A DNA stretch of 64,000 nucleotides from an uncultured Chloroflexia bacterium (GTDB lineage Bacteria; Chloroflexota; Chloroflexia; Thermomicrobiales; UBA6265): the NCBI GenBank assembly GCA_963724295.1, contig CAVRUC010000005.1, forward strand, positions 32,001 through 96,000. The letters run 5' to 3'. The notes under the pieces were generated by a model, which had not been told where the DNA came from, did no database searches, and worked only from the letters and a program-made list of their open reading frames with translations. Shown here in pieces: positions 30,524 through 40,243 of this stretch. Position 1 is the first letter of the stretch. Each line of letters opens with the position of its first letter. Made by a program: the position numbers and the translations under genes.

Positions 30524-30795
30524 TTGCCCTTGGCCTTGCGCGCGCGGCGCGGCGAATCCGCTCGCGCCCCCAGGCGGCCACCGGTGATCACGATTCGCCA
30601 AAAGTTTCCAGGCAGGTCCATCTGGCAGGGTAGCCATTCGTCGGTATAGCCGGTCTTGCGAAGCGATTCGATCTCTTCCCCGCCAGCTACCCCTTTGTCA
30701 TACCGATGCTCTTCGCCACACAAGGGGCACCGGGCAACGACGAAAACCCGACCCTTGTCCGTCCTGATCTGTCCCCGCCCCCGCGAGAGACTCAT
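30520..30795 (-). CDS. Small hypothetical protein with probable Zn-binding CxxC-x3-H..C motif
   Basis: RCPLCGEEH..WLPC; translationally coupled to trmH (GTGA overlap). Confidence 0.65.
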   Translation of the reverse strand: MSLSRGRGQIRTDKGRVFVVARCPLCGEEHRYDKGVAGGEEIESLRKTGYTDEWLPCQMDLPGNFWRIVITGGRLGARADSPRRARKAKGK

Positions 30796-31254
30796 GGCAA
30801 CCCCCGCCGCACAGTGGCCGGCTTCCTGACGTCGGCAAGACTACGAAGCCGACGCGATGAGGACAAGCTTGACGCTTCTAAGTGGACACGATCATCTTTG
30901 ATTCCTTTGGTTGTGGGTCTTCCATGCGCGGTGCGAGACAGTGTGGAGAGACCATCTCAGCGACGTTTTGGTCCTCGCCCTCCGGCAACGCGTACGTACG
31001 CGGCTCATTCGACCCCCAACGGTCCGAAGTCGTGATAGACTTCGGGCGTCCTCCCGCGGTGCAAATGTGCGGGCGAGGAAACGCTCCGGACGCCCCGTTC
31101 GTTTGCAGCCATGGACAGGTCTAATCGCCGGTCACACGTAGATGGCAGCTGACACGCTTCGTCGGCCGCGATGTCGCAAGGAACCGGGTAGAGGGAAGAT
31201 GCCGTGCTAAGTCGTCGGCCACAGAAAGCGGATGTTCTCAGGTCAGGATCCGAG

Positions 31255-31968
31255 ATGCGCTTCCGAACTGGACGGCTGCTGGCCGCGCTCGGTCTCACTG
31301 CTTTCTCTTCAGAGGTAGCCGAAGCGGCGCGAAAAAGCGGCAGGCGCAATGACGATGCTCGGGGCAATTCTGACGATCATGCGGAAAAGACCCCGGACGA
31401 ACAAGAGTCCAACGGCAAGAACGACTCCAAAGACGGCGCTGAAAATAAAGACGCGGAAAGTGAGTCCGGGAAGCAGGACAGGAAGCAGGAACGGACCTCG
31501 AACGAGGAAAGCAACGACCAGAACGGCTCTAATGGAGCCAAGGATCGCGGCGAGTCATCGCGGCGAAATGGCGACTCAGATTCGGCCTCGCGTGGGGACT
31601 CTTCGGCGGACGATTCTCCGCAGGGCGACCGGTCCGTCCGGGAACTCGCGCAGAAGAAGGCAGACGAGCCACTGGACGATGTGCCCGACGCACCCAGTAC
31701 ACCGGCAAACCCGAATGTAGTGGTTGACGACATCCCAGATACGTCGATCAACGACCTGGTCGTGCAAGGAAACGAGGACGTCATTGCGACTGTCAGCACC
31801 AGTGGCGGCTTCGCGTTCGCTCGGTCTGGAGACGTCGTAGCGGTCACCGGCCCCGACGGCGCAAGCATTATTCAGACCGGCGATGTGACCACGGGCACGA
31901 ACGGCACAGCCCCAGCGGATCCGCCCGCGGACGGCGGGAACAACAATGACGTCGACTTCGCAAGCTGA
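31255..31968 (+). CDS. Hypothetical exported, low-complexity (D/S/K/N-rich) protein
   Basis: Signal-like MRFRTGRLLAALGLTAF..AEA; disordered middle and short beta-rich C-terminal segment; start could be 31204. Confidence 0.6.
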   Translation: MRFRTGRLLAALGLTAFSSEVAEAARKSGRRNDDARGNSDDHAEKTPDEQESNGKNDSKDGAENKDAESESGKQDRKQERTSNEESNDQNGSNGAKDRGESSRRNGDSDSASRGDSSADDSPQGDRSVRELAQKKADEPLDDVPDAPSTPANPNVVVDDIPDTSINDLVVQGNEDVIATVSTSGGFAFARSGDVVAVTGPDGASIIQTGDVTTGTNGTAPADPPADGGNNNDVDFAS

Positions 31969-32016
31969 AGCGCGTCACCTACACCGGCCGATAGTCACTG
32001 GGCTCCCGCACGGCAC

Positions 32017-32043
32017 ACCGCCGAGGCATCGCCTCGAGGCGGT
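32017..32043. terminator. Hairpin between convergent genes
   Basis: ACCGCCGAGGC-atc-GCCTCGAGGCGGT imperfect inverted repeat. Confidence 0.4.
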
Positions 32044-32076
32044 TCGGGCTAGCAGGAGCTAGCCGGTATCGGTAGC

Positions 32077-33159
32077 CTATCTCGCTGAATTTGAGTCCCG
32101 GCTGCGCTTACCCTTCTTACCGTCACGCTTCTTCGTGTCACCCGAGTCCTTTGACTTCTTCTGGTCGTCGGACGTTGAGCCGTCCCGATGTCGGTCTTTG
32201 CCCTTCTTCTTTTTCTCGTGCTTGGAATCGGCCGATTTCCTCTCAGCCCCATCCTGCGACTCGGATGCCGAAACGCCGGTATTCTTGTTTCCTCGCTTCT
32301 CGTCACCCTGTTTCGAACGACCGTTGTCAGTTTCGACTTGAGACTTGCGGTCGCGAGCGCGCTGCTCGAATTCAACCGTTGACGCGCCGGAGGTCCTGAT
32401 CTCCGGCGCGGCGGCCTTATCATCCCGGGTTGCGCCACGCGCGGGTGAGATCAGAGTCTCGACGTTGTCCTCAGGTTGGCCCGCTGCGCGATCCGCGAAG
32501 ACGCTCTCCGGGCCAAACGGGAAGTTCTCGTCGACAACGAACGGAAACGCTTCGAACGACGGCGCATGCCCGACGAACATGCTTCCGCTGCCGTCGCCAC
32601 AATCAATGCCGACATAGGCACGGCCGGTTACCGCCCCCACGTGACAATCCTCGAGTCCAACCGGGAACCCGGCGCTCCCCGTGGCAACGTGGACGTTGCC
32701 GGTGCCGAAACCTTGCGGAACTATCGGGACGCTCGCCGTTGCCGGAGCTACGTAGGTGGTTTCGGGGACAGTTGAAACAGGAGGCGCCACCGGGGCACCG
32801 GCGGCAGTCGTTGCTACAGGGCCCTGGTCGAGGAGCTCGACGTCCTGTTGGTCACCGGCGGGAGGGCCCTGGTCCAGGAGCTCAACATCCTCAGTCGTGT
32901 CCGCCTCGTCCGCAGGGGGCGCCGCTTCGTCGAGTGTTTCAACGTCTCCTTCGGTGCCCTCGCCCACTTGCTCGACAGGCGGCTCATCCTCCTGCTGCGC
33001 CCACCGCATGACCGAGCTGAGCTGGTTCTCGGCCAGCACATCGACCATTGCCGTCGCAGAATCGACAGGCGCGCCAGGTGCCACCAGACCCGATACCCAC
33101 GCAAACGAGGCGACAACGACAGTCGCGATCCAGTCGCCGAACCGTTCCCAGTTACTCAC
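32077..33159 (-). CDS. Hypothetical membrane-anchored protein with acidic repeats and Lys-rich tail
   Basis: N-terminal TM; two DVELLDQGP repeats; small Cys-pair core; K/D/S-rich C-terminus. Confidence 0.6.
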   Translation of the reverse strand: MSNWERFGDWIATVVVASFAWVSGLVAPGAPVDSATAMVDVLAENQLSSVMRWAQQEDEPPVEQVGEGTEGDVETLDEAAPPADEADTTEDVELLDQGPPAGDQQDVELLDQGPVATTAAGAPVAPPVSTVPETTYVAPATASVPIVPQGFGTGNVHVATGSAGFPVGLEDCHVGAVTGRAYVGIDCGDGSGSMFVGHAPSFEAFPFVVDENFPFGPESVFADRAAGQPEDNVETLISPARGATRDDKAAAPEIRTSGASTVEFEQRARDRKSQVETDNGRSKQGDEKRGNKNTGVSASESQDGAERKSADSKHEKKKKGKDRHRDGSTSDDQKKSKDSGDTKKRDGKKGKRSRDSNSAR

Positions 33160-33314
33160 CGCGCTCCCGCCTGGACGCCGCACCCCGTTGCCTGCAGGTT
33201 CAGCGTTCCGTGAATCTCCTCAATCGGCGAATCGCAAGCACCCCATGATCTGAGCATCAAGCACAGTGCGGGCCAGTCCCGAGTCCAAATCTGGTCTTTG
33301 CGCCGCACCCTAAG

Positions 33315-33871
33315 TCACGCCCTTGACGCCGCATGCAAACGCAGGAGGAACCGCGGATCGAATCGCGGTGCGCATCGACCACACGACCAGGTACCCTGCT
33401 TTTGTCGGGGTACGCGACGCCACAGCTGGGGCACCAGTAGAGATAACGTGGGGCTCGCCGCGTTGGCGCCACAAGCGAGGCGCGAATCTCCTCGAGCGTC
33501 GCCCCGGTGAGTGCTGAGACGCGATGCGCGATACGATCGTACCCGTGCTTCGCATGCCGGCGCAGATCGCCGTCGAGCCGGTCCCGCATGTGCAAGAGTT
33601 CCTCGGCGACGACGACTTCGAGCGAGCGCGGTCGCGATTGATCGATGCGCGGCAAGTTGATCAGGATGAGATGTTCACTCGATGCAGCGACAAACGTATA
33701 GGCGCCACCAATCGAGCTTCGCACCCGTCGTCCCAGCCAGCGTTCGAATTCACGACGTTCGGTTGTGACGCGGAGGCGGTCTGTCGGCAGATCGAGACGC
33801 GCAACGTATCGCTCGAGCAGACCGCGCGTTTCCTCGTGGTCGACCAGCCAGTTCACGACGGCGATCTCCAT
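33315..33871 (-). pseudogene. SprT-like zinc-ribbon protein with one frameshift near 33415 (error or pseudogene)
   Basis: VVAEELLH..H..H core, then YxCPSCG; the second CxxC (WSCGRC) continues in another frame to TGA at 33315-17. Confidence 0.65.
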
Positions 33872-33986
33872 GGGGCAGCGCGCCTTCCCGGCGAGCCTGG
33901 CACCGGGCTTGGCTGACGTGTGCGGGGCAGCGTCATCATAGCGCATCTGCCGGATGCATCGCCTCACCTGGAGCAAGTGAACATCC

Positions 33987-34445
33987 ATGTCACCAGCGCT
34001 GCAACGCCCGCACGTCCTAATTGTCAGCGATGACCCGGAACTGACCGGATTCCTCGGCGAAGGACTGGTGTACGCCGGATTCTGGACTAGCACTATCGCC
34101 AGCGCGGTGCAGGCCCTTGAAGTCTTCCGACTTCGCTCGTTCGACGTTATGGTGCTGGACGCGGCGCTCGGCGGCATCGGCGCCATCGAGCTCCTGAGGC
34201 GATTACGCGGTCGCTCCGATCGGGCGCCGACTGCCGAACGGACCGACATTCCGATCCTCATCATTGCCGAATCCCGCGACGAGTTCGATCCCGTACTCGC
34301 TGAACAGGTCGGTGCGGACGGCGTCATCCTGGCGCCGATCGAGCTCGAGCAGCTCGCGGCCGATCTCGGGCGCGCGGTCACCAGATGGAGAACGCTTCAC
34401 CCCGACCGCAAGTGGGCCGACGAGGCCGCGCTTGGCTCGACCTAG
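33987..34445 (+). CDS. Single-domain response-regulator receiver (atypical)
   Basis: VLIVSDD, DVMVLD, IPILII, GADGVILAP. Confidence 0.75.
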   Translation: MSPALQRPHVLIVSDDPELTGFLGEGLVYAGFWTSTIASAVQALEVFRLRSFDVMVLDAALGGIGAIELLRRLRGRSDRAPTAERTDIPILIIAESRDEFDPVLAEQVGADGVILAPIELEQLAADLGRAVTRWRTLHPDRKWADEAALGST

Positions 34446-34523
34446 ACGCAAGGGGCTTGCCAAAACGAACCAATCATGGCAACGTGCCCTTGTACGGACA
34501 CGGCCCGCAATGCGCCAGTGACC

Positions 34524-34549
34524 GGAACCTCCGCGCAATTTCGTTCGTC
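34524..34549 (+). promoter_or_regulatory. Candidate ECF-sigma promoter
   Basis: GGAAC-N17-CGTC about 70 nt upstream of the 34619 gene. Confidence 0.35.
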
Positions 34550-34618
34550 CATGAGCATGACCGGCGTCGACGGTCGGCACGGATATTGCCATCGTTCTTG
34601 CCGGAGTGAGTTGTAGCG

Positions 34619-35533
34619 ATGAGAAACCGGATTTCATCTCTCGCCCTGGTGCTGGGCATCGCCGCGTTACTGCTGGCACCTGACATCGCTTTCGCCGAAC
34701 CGGGGTCGCCCGATGGCCCGGGTCTATTCGTCATTCAATTAGCGCAAGCCGACGACTTCGACTGCGAGGATTTTGAAACGCAGGAAGAGGCGCAGGCTGT
34801 CCTCGATGACGATCCGGCGGACCCCAACAATCTCGATCCCAACCGGGACGGCATCGCCTGCGCGCTGCTCCCTTCAGCTGACGACCCGGAGACTGATCCA
34901 GGAGACGACGTATCCGCCGCACAGGATGCGGATGCCGGGAACCAGACCCAGGAAGACAGTCGAGCGGAAAGGCGAGCGGCACGTCAGCAAGATGAAGAGG
35001 GCACGCCGACCGGGGAAGAGACCGCCGCGGTAACGTGCGCCGATTTTGAAACGCAGGAAGAGGCGCAAGCCGCGTTCGACGCGGACCCGGAGGGATTAGC
35101 CGACCTCGACGCCGACGACAACGGAATCGCCTGCGAGGAATTGCTCGACCCGGGAGCTGACGAGAACACGCAGGCACGCGAAGATCGCCAGCGCAACCGC
35201 CGCAATCAGGATGAGGAGCCTGCGCCGACAGAGGTCGTCGTCGACGAGCCCAGGACAGTGCGGATCGAGGAAGACTTCGACTGCGTCGATTTCGAGTTCC
35301 AGGAAGAAGCGCAGGAAGTCTACGACGAGGATCCTTCGGACCCGTATAACCTGGACCCAAGCGGCGACGGCATAGCGTGCTCTTCGCTTCCGTCGTCGGA
35401 CCCCCGCGTCGTACAGGTGCCGCGAACCGGGATTGGAATCTCAACTAATTTCCCCAGCGGACTGCTCGTCGCGGCAAGTTTGCTCACCGGCCTCGCCAGC
35501 GCAGGAGCCTCGTGGCGTCGCAGAGTGCGCTAG
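34619..35533 (+). CDS. Secreted excalibur-type Ca-binding repeat protein (3 repeats) with LPXTG-like C-terminal anchor
   Basis: Signal peptide; 3x C-x-DF-x2-QEEAQ..LD-x3-xGIAC; VPRTG followed by a hydrophobic helix and RRRVR. Confidence 0.8.
   Translation: MRNRISSLALVLGIAALLLAPDIAFAEPGSPDGPGLFVIQLAQADDFDCEDFETQEEAQAVLDDDPADPNNLDPNRDGIACALLPSADDPETDPGDDVSAAQDADAGNQTQEDSRAERRAARQQDEEGTPTGEETAAVTCADFETQEEAQAAFDADPEGLADLDADDNGIACEELLDPGADENTQAREDRQRNRRNQDEEPAPTEVVVDEPRTVRIEEDFDCVDFEFQEEAQEVYDEDPSDPYNLDPSGDGIACSSLPSSDPRVVQVPRTGIGISTNFPSGLLVAASLLTGLASAGASWRRRVR
34769..35067 (+). repeat. 26-bp exact direct repeat within the excalibur repeats
   Basis: GATTTTGAAACGCAGGAAGAGGCGCA at 34769-34794 and 35042-35067. 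Confidence 0.85.
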
Positions 35534-35680
35534 GGCCGCCGCCCCGCAGGTCAGGAAGTTCGGTGTCAGAGTCCTATTCTGTCTCGCTGAAACTTCGGCA
35601 CCGTGCCAGGCGGCCGACAGAGATCACTACGGCTCGTCTCGAACAGCGATCAGCGGCGCGAAAGCGCGCGAGTCAACCGT

Positions 35681-37057
35681 CTAGTTCGCGACTGGAGTGC
35701 CAAGCGCTACGTCGACCGCGCGTTGCAGTTGAAGGTCGGCGGCGTCGGGTTGATTCTCCACCACGATATCTGGCGCCAGCCCTTCATCCGGGATCGGATG
35801 CCGGTCTGGCGTTAGCCAGCGAGCAAATGTGATGCGAGCCGAGGATCCGTCTTCGAAATCGTGAACTCGCTGCACGAGTCCTTTTCCGAACGACGGCTCA
35901 CCTACGAGCGTGCCTCGTTCGTAGTCTCGAATAGCGCCGGCGACTATCTCGGAGGCACTGGCAGTACCTCCATCAATCAGGATGACCAGCGGAATTTCAA
36001 AGGTCGTTTCACCGCCGCCGACAATCGGCTCTGAGATGAGATCGTCGTCTTCGAGGTCGAGATCCTGGTACAGCGCGGGGCCGGCATCTTCGGGAACAAA
36101 ACGGCCGATCGTCTCCTGGGCGCTGGTCACCCACCCCCCGCCATTGCCTCGCAGGTCGAGCACGATGCCGGCGACGTTCTCATCTTTGGCTCGCTTCAAC
36201 GCCGCATCGAGCTCTCGCGTCGTTTTGTCGCCAAAGATGGAAACTTTGATATGCGCGACTTTTCCGTTGGCTTGCGGCTCATAGACCACCGCCGGGATCT
36301 CGATTGCCTCGCGCTGGACAGTGACGTCGAATGTCTCAGGCACCCCCGGACGCTGAATGGTCAGGACCACGGATGAACCCTTCGGACCGCGAATCAGCGA
36401 CATTGCCGCGTCGGTTTCGAGCTCGCCCAGATTCCTCCCGTCCGCGGCGACGATGACGTCGCCCGCCCTCAGGTCTGCGCGAGCCGCGGGAGAACCGGCA
36501 ATCGGCGCGACGATGGTGAACTGCCCCTCCGGGTGCTCGACCCAGATGCCGATACCTTGGTACTCGCCGGCAAGCTCCTCGCGCAGTGGCTCGCCGCGTA
36601 GCGGCTCGAGAAATACCGTGTAGTCATCCGCCAGCGCTTCTGTCATCCCGCGCGCCGCGCCGTAGTCGAGCTCGCGCCGGTAGTCCTCGAGTGAGGCCAC
36701 CGGCGTCGCGGCCGTAATCGCCATTCCGCGGATCGCGCCCCGTTCGAGTTCGGCTACGAACGTGGCCCGCGCCTCGGGTGACGCCGGAAGGAAAAAGTAC
36801 TCGTCTTCCAGGATCTCTCTGACTTCTGCCTGGCGCGGGAACGCCGCATCAGTTTCCAGGTTACCATCAGTCTTCAGGCCGCCAAACCCGTCAGTCCCCA
36901 GCCCGGGGCCGCGGATCAGGTACCGCTCGGCGACGATGCCCGAGCCGAAGCTCACCACGGCAATCAACGCGAGAACCGAGAGCACGAAAAGGACGGTCCA
37001 GACCGAGCGGGACCGCGCGTCTCCTTGCTCCTGATCAACCTCGTGCGATGGTTCCAT
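35681..37057 (-). CDS. S41 carboxyl-terminal processing protease (CtpA-like)
   Basis: TM, GIGI PDZ, LDLRGNGGG, TASASEIVAG, SFGKGLVQ. Confidence 0.92.
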   Translation of the reverse strand: MEPSHEVDQEQGDARSRSVWTVLFVLSVLALIAVVSFGSGIVAERYLIRGPGLGTDGFGGLKTDGNLETDAAFPRQAEVREILEDEYFFLPASPEARATFVAELERGAIRGMAITAATPVASLEDYRRELDYGAARGMTEALADDYTVFLEPLRGEPLREELAGEYQGIGIWVEHPEGQFTIVAPIAGSPAARADLRAGDVIVAADGRNLGELETDAAMSLIRGPKGSSVVLTIQRPGVPETFDVTVQREAIEIPAVVYEPQANGKVAHIKVSIFGDKTTRELDAALKRAKDENVAGIVLDLRGNGGGWVTSAQETIGRFVPEDAGPALYQDLDLEDDDLISEPIVGGGETTFEIPLVILIDGGTASASEIVAGAIRDYERGTLVGEPSFGKGLVQRVHDFEDGSSARITFARWLTPDRHPIPDEGLAPDIVVENQPDAADLQLQRAVDVALGTPVAN

Positions 37058-37167
37058 GGGCGCCAAAACGCGGATCGGAAACTGGCAGCCGGGCCCCAAG
37101 CTCGCCCTGGCTCACGATTGACCCTTCGTCGTCAAGCGGCGACCCACAGTGATGCCTGACCGGGTGC

Positions 37168-38472
37168 CTATGGGTAAATCCCCCGCAACCGTGTGAACTC
37201 CGCCACCCGGTCGATCCCGCGCACTAACGCCGCCGTCCGCATGTGAACCCCGTACTTCGAGGACGTGCTGTAGACGGCATCGAATGCCTTGTTCATGATG
37301 CGTCGCAATCGCTCGTTTACCTCGTGCTCGGTCCAGGGGAAGGCCTGGAGCGCCTGAACCCATTCGAAGTAGGAAACGGTCACCCCGCCGGCGTTGGCAA
37401 GGATGTCCGGGATAACGAACACCCCGCGGTCGTACAGGATCACGTCGGCCTCGGGAGTTGTTGGACCATTGGCCGCCTCCGCGACCAGTCTCGCCTGGAC
37501 CTGGCTCGCATTTTCTGCACTGATCTGGTTTTCCAGCGCGGCCGGAATAAGTATCTCAACCGGCAAGAGAAGGAGCTCCTCGTTGGTGATGTCCTCTGCC
37601 TCCCGAAAACCGAGCACCGATCCTGTGCGCGCCTTATGTGCGCTCACCGCATCCAGGTCGAGTCCGCCTGGATTGTAGATTCCGCCGCGGGAATCGCTGA
37701 CCGCGACGACCGACGATCCAAGCTCGGACATCAAGCGCGCCGCAACCGACCCGGCGTTGCCAAAGCCCTGCACCGCTGTTCGCGCCTTCGACAGATCGAG
37801 ATCGAGAATCCGGGAAGCACTCTCGATGGCGAAAATGCAGCCGCGGCCGGTGGCTTCATTCCGCCCCTCCGATCCCCCGAGCACGATCGGCTTGCCGGTG
37901 GTTACGCCAGGCACCGAGTACCCCACATTCATCGAGTAGGTGTCCATCAGCCAGGCCATGATCTGGGGATTGGTGTTGACGTCCGGGGCGGGAATATCCT
38001 GGTTCGGTCCGATGAATGGCTGAATCTCGGTCGTATAGCGCCGTGTCAGATTCTGCAGTTCCCCCTGGGAAAGTAGCTTCGGGTTGACCTGAACTCCCCC
38101 TTTGGCCCCGCCATACGGCAGGCCCACAACGGCACACTTCCAGGTCATCCACATGGCGAGGGCTTTGACCTCTTCCAGCGTGACGCTCTGGTGATATCGA
38201 ATGCCGCCCTTCGTTGGTCCAGGTCCACTGTTGTGCTGCACCCGATATCCGGTGAACACCTCCACCGATCCGTCGTCCATCTCGACTGGGAAATGGACCG
38301 TGAGCTCGCGCTGGCAGTGGCTCAGGATCTTGCGCATCCCATCGTCGAGTCCAAGGACGTCAGCGGCAATCTGAAATTGTTCGACGGCAACCTTGAACAG
38401 GTCTCGCTCTGCGCCGACCTGCGCCGTGGCGCTCTCGGAGACGATCTGCGCATCTTGTTGCTCGAGGATCAT
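37168..38472 (-). CDS. gdhA: Glutamate dehydrogenase (Glu/Leu/Phe/Val family)
   Basis: GPTKGGIRY, YGGAKGG, DIPAPDV, ATGRG, QGFGNAG, ANAGGVTVSYFEW. Confidence 0.93.
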   Translation of the reverse strand: MILEQQDAQIVSESATAQVGAERDLFKVAVEQFQIAADVLGLDDGMRKILSHCQRELTVHFPVEMDDGSVEVFTGYRVQHNSGPGPTKGGIRYHQSVTLEEVKALAMWMTWKCAVVGLPYGGAKGGVQVNPKLLSQGELQNLTRRYTTEIQPFIGPNQDIPAPDVNTNPQIMAWLMDTYSMNVGYSVPGVTTGKPIVLGGSEGRNEATGRGCIFAIESASRILDLDLSKARTAVQGFGNAGSVAARLMSELGSSVVAVSDSRGGIYNPGGLDLDAVSAHKARTGSVLGFREAEDITNEELLLLPVEILIPAALENQISAENASQVQARLVAEAANGPTTPEADVILYDRGVFVIPDILANAGGVTVSYFEWVQALQAFPWTEHEVNERLRRIMNKAFDAVYSTSSKYGVHMRTAALVRGIDRVAEFTRLRGIYP

Positions 38473-38536
38473 GGACGCCTCCACTGTCGGCCAGCGCCTC
38501 ACTGCGCCGCCCACCGCTGCCGATTACGCTGTTCTT

Positions 38537-40030
38537 TCAGCCGTCGCGGCCATGGGCCGCGACTGGACCGTTCAGCTCCTCTTCCAGGACCCGACGTACC
38601 TGATCAGGACTTGCCCGGCCGCCGGTACGGCGAATCGTTTCGCCGATAAGCCTGCCAATGGCCGCCGTCTTGCCACCACGGAAGTCCTGCACCGCGGCCG
38701 GAAACGCCTCCATGGTCTCGAGCACCGCGTCACGAATGACCGCTTCCTCGCCGAGCACAAGCAGGTCGAGTCTGGCGGCGGCGGTCAAGACCGCCTCTCC
38801 CTCCCCCAGCTGCGGCAGCAGCTCTTTCGCGGCGCGCCCGGATAGTTTTCCGGCGTCAAGCGCCTCGAGAAGATCTTGCAACTGCTGTGCCGAGACCGGA
38901 AGGCGGTCAGGCGGCAGCCCCCGCGCCCGTTGCAACCCGGTCAGGTCGTTGACGATCCAGTTGGCGGCAAGTCGGGCCCGGTCTGTGCCGTCGCTTGTTG
39001 CCACGGACTCGTAGAAATCAGCGACATCACGCTCAGCCGTCAAGAGCGCCGCCTCGCTCGCACCGATCCCATACTGCTCGGCAAGTCGTGCTCTCCGCCG
39101 CGCGGGCAGCTCCGGCAGCCGGGCTGCGATCACCGCCACCATCTCCTGCGAGATCGCCAGCGGCGGAAGATCCGGCTCCGGGAAGTAGCGGTAATCGTGG
39201 GCCTGTTCCTTCGTCCGCTGGGCAACCGTCACGCCGCGGTCTTCGACCCAGCCCCTGGTCTCTTGCTCGACACGCCCACCGCCGCGGAGTACGTCGAGCT
39301 GGCGGTTCTGCTCGAAGCGCAGCGCCCGCTCGACGGCCCGAAATGAGTTCATGTTCTTGACTTCGACCTTGGCGCCAAGCGGACCATCGATCTCACGCAC
39401 GGAGACATTGGCGTCGCAGCGGAAGGCGCCCTCTTCCATGTTTCCGGTTGAGACGCCGATGTACCTCAATATTTGGCGCAACGCGGTGAGGTAGTCTCGT
39501 GCCTCCTCGGGCGAGCGCAGATGCGGCTCCCCTACGATCTCCATCAATGGAACCCCCGAGCGGTTTAGATCGACGAGGCTGACCTCTACGCCATCCGCGT
39601 CGGTGCGATGAACGAGCCGACCGGTGTCCTCTTCGACGTGCACGCGAGTGATGCCCGCTCGCCGGGTCGCGCCGCCGGAATCGAACTCGAGATTTCCATC
39701 AACTGCCAGCGGGAGATCGAACTGCGAAATCTGGTAACCCTTCGGCAGGTCCGGGTAGAAGTAATTCTTGCGGTCGAGCTTGCAGAAGGGCGGAATCGAG
39801 CAGTTGAGCGCGATTCCCGTGAGAATCGCCGCTTCGATAGCCGCCTCATTCAGTGCCGGCAATGCGCCGGGGAAACCACCACAGACCATACAGACGAGGG
39901 TGTTCGGTGGCGCGTCCGCGTACCGGGCCGAGCAGCCGCAGTACATCTTGGATTTCGTCAGCAACTGGGCGTGGACCTCGAGTCCGATGACCGTCTCGTA
40001 GCCTTCGCCGGCTACCTCGTCGCGTCCCAT
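38537..40030 (-). CDS. gatB: Asp/Glu-tRNA amidotransferase subunit B
   Basis: [43 protein letters not shown]. Confidence 0.96.
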   Translation of the reverse strand: MGRDEVAGEGYETVIGLEVHAQLLTKSKMYCGCSARYADAPPNTLVCMVCGGFPGALPALNEAAIEAAILTGIALNCSIPPFCKLDRKNYFYPDLPKGYQISQFDLPLAVDGNLEFDSGGATRRAGITRVHVEEDTGRLVHRTDADGVEVSLVDLNRSGVPLMEIVGEPHLRSPEEARDYLTALRQILRYIGVSTGNMEEGAFRCDANVSVREIDGPLGAKVEVKNMNSFRAVERALRFEQNRQLDVLRGGGRVEQETRGWVEDRGVTVAQRTKEQAHDYRYFPEPDLPPLAISQEMVAVIAARLPELPARRRARLAEQYGIGASEAALLTAERDVADFYESVATSDGTDRARLAANWIVNDLTGLQRARGLPPDRLPVSAQQLQDLLEALDAGKLSGRAAKELLPQLGEGEAVLTAAARLDLLVLGEEAVIRDAVLETMEAFPAAVQDFRGGKTAAIGRLIGETIRRTGGRASPDQVRRVLEEELNGPVAAHGRDG

Positions 40031-40243
40031 CGAATCGATCAAATCGGACCCTGCCCGTCGCTCCTGAACAGCATGCAAACGGCCGCGAAGTTTACCATTC
40101 TTCGCGCCAACCCACCCGGGCGGCGTGCGCCGGTTTGATGAGTCCGGCGTGGTAAAATTGCTCATGTTGCAAGAGACTTGCACCGTGATTTCCCGTGCTT
40201 TGCATAGAGCGATACCGCCGACTGGAGAGCGAACGCCTCAACG

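Noticed and set aside
30970..31080. HDV-like ribozyme suggested by UCCUCGC/UCCUCC loop-like sequences
   Set aside because: Could not build the P1/P1.1/P2/P4 nested double pseudoknot; kept only as an unclassified structured region
33872..34381. Long N-terminal extension of the SprT-like ORF (33257..34381)
   Set aside because: It is the antisense shadow of the receiver gene; the plausible start is 33871
34769..35067. 26-bp direct repeat as a CRISPR remnant
   Set aside because: Only two copies, in frame within protein repeats, with no cas genes
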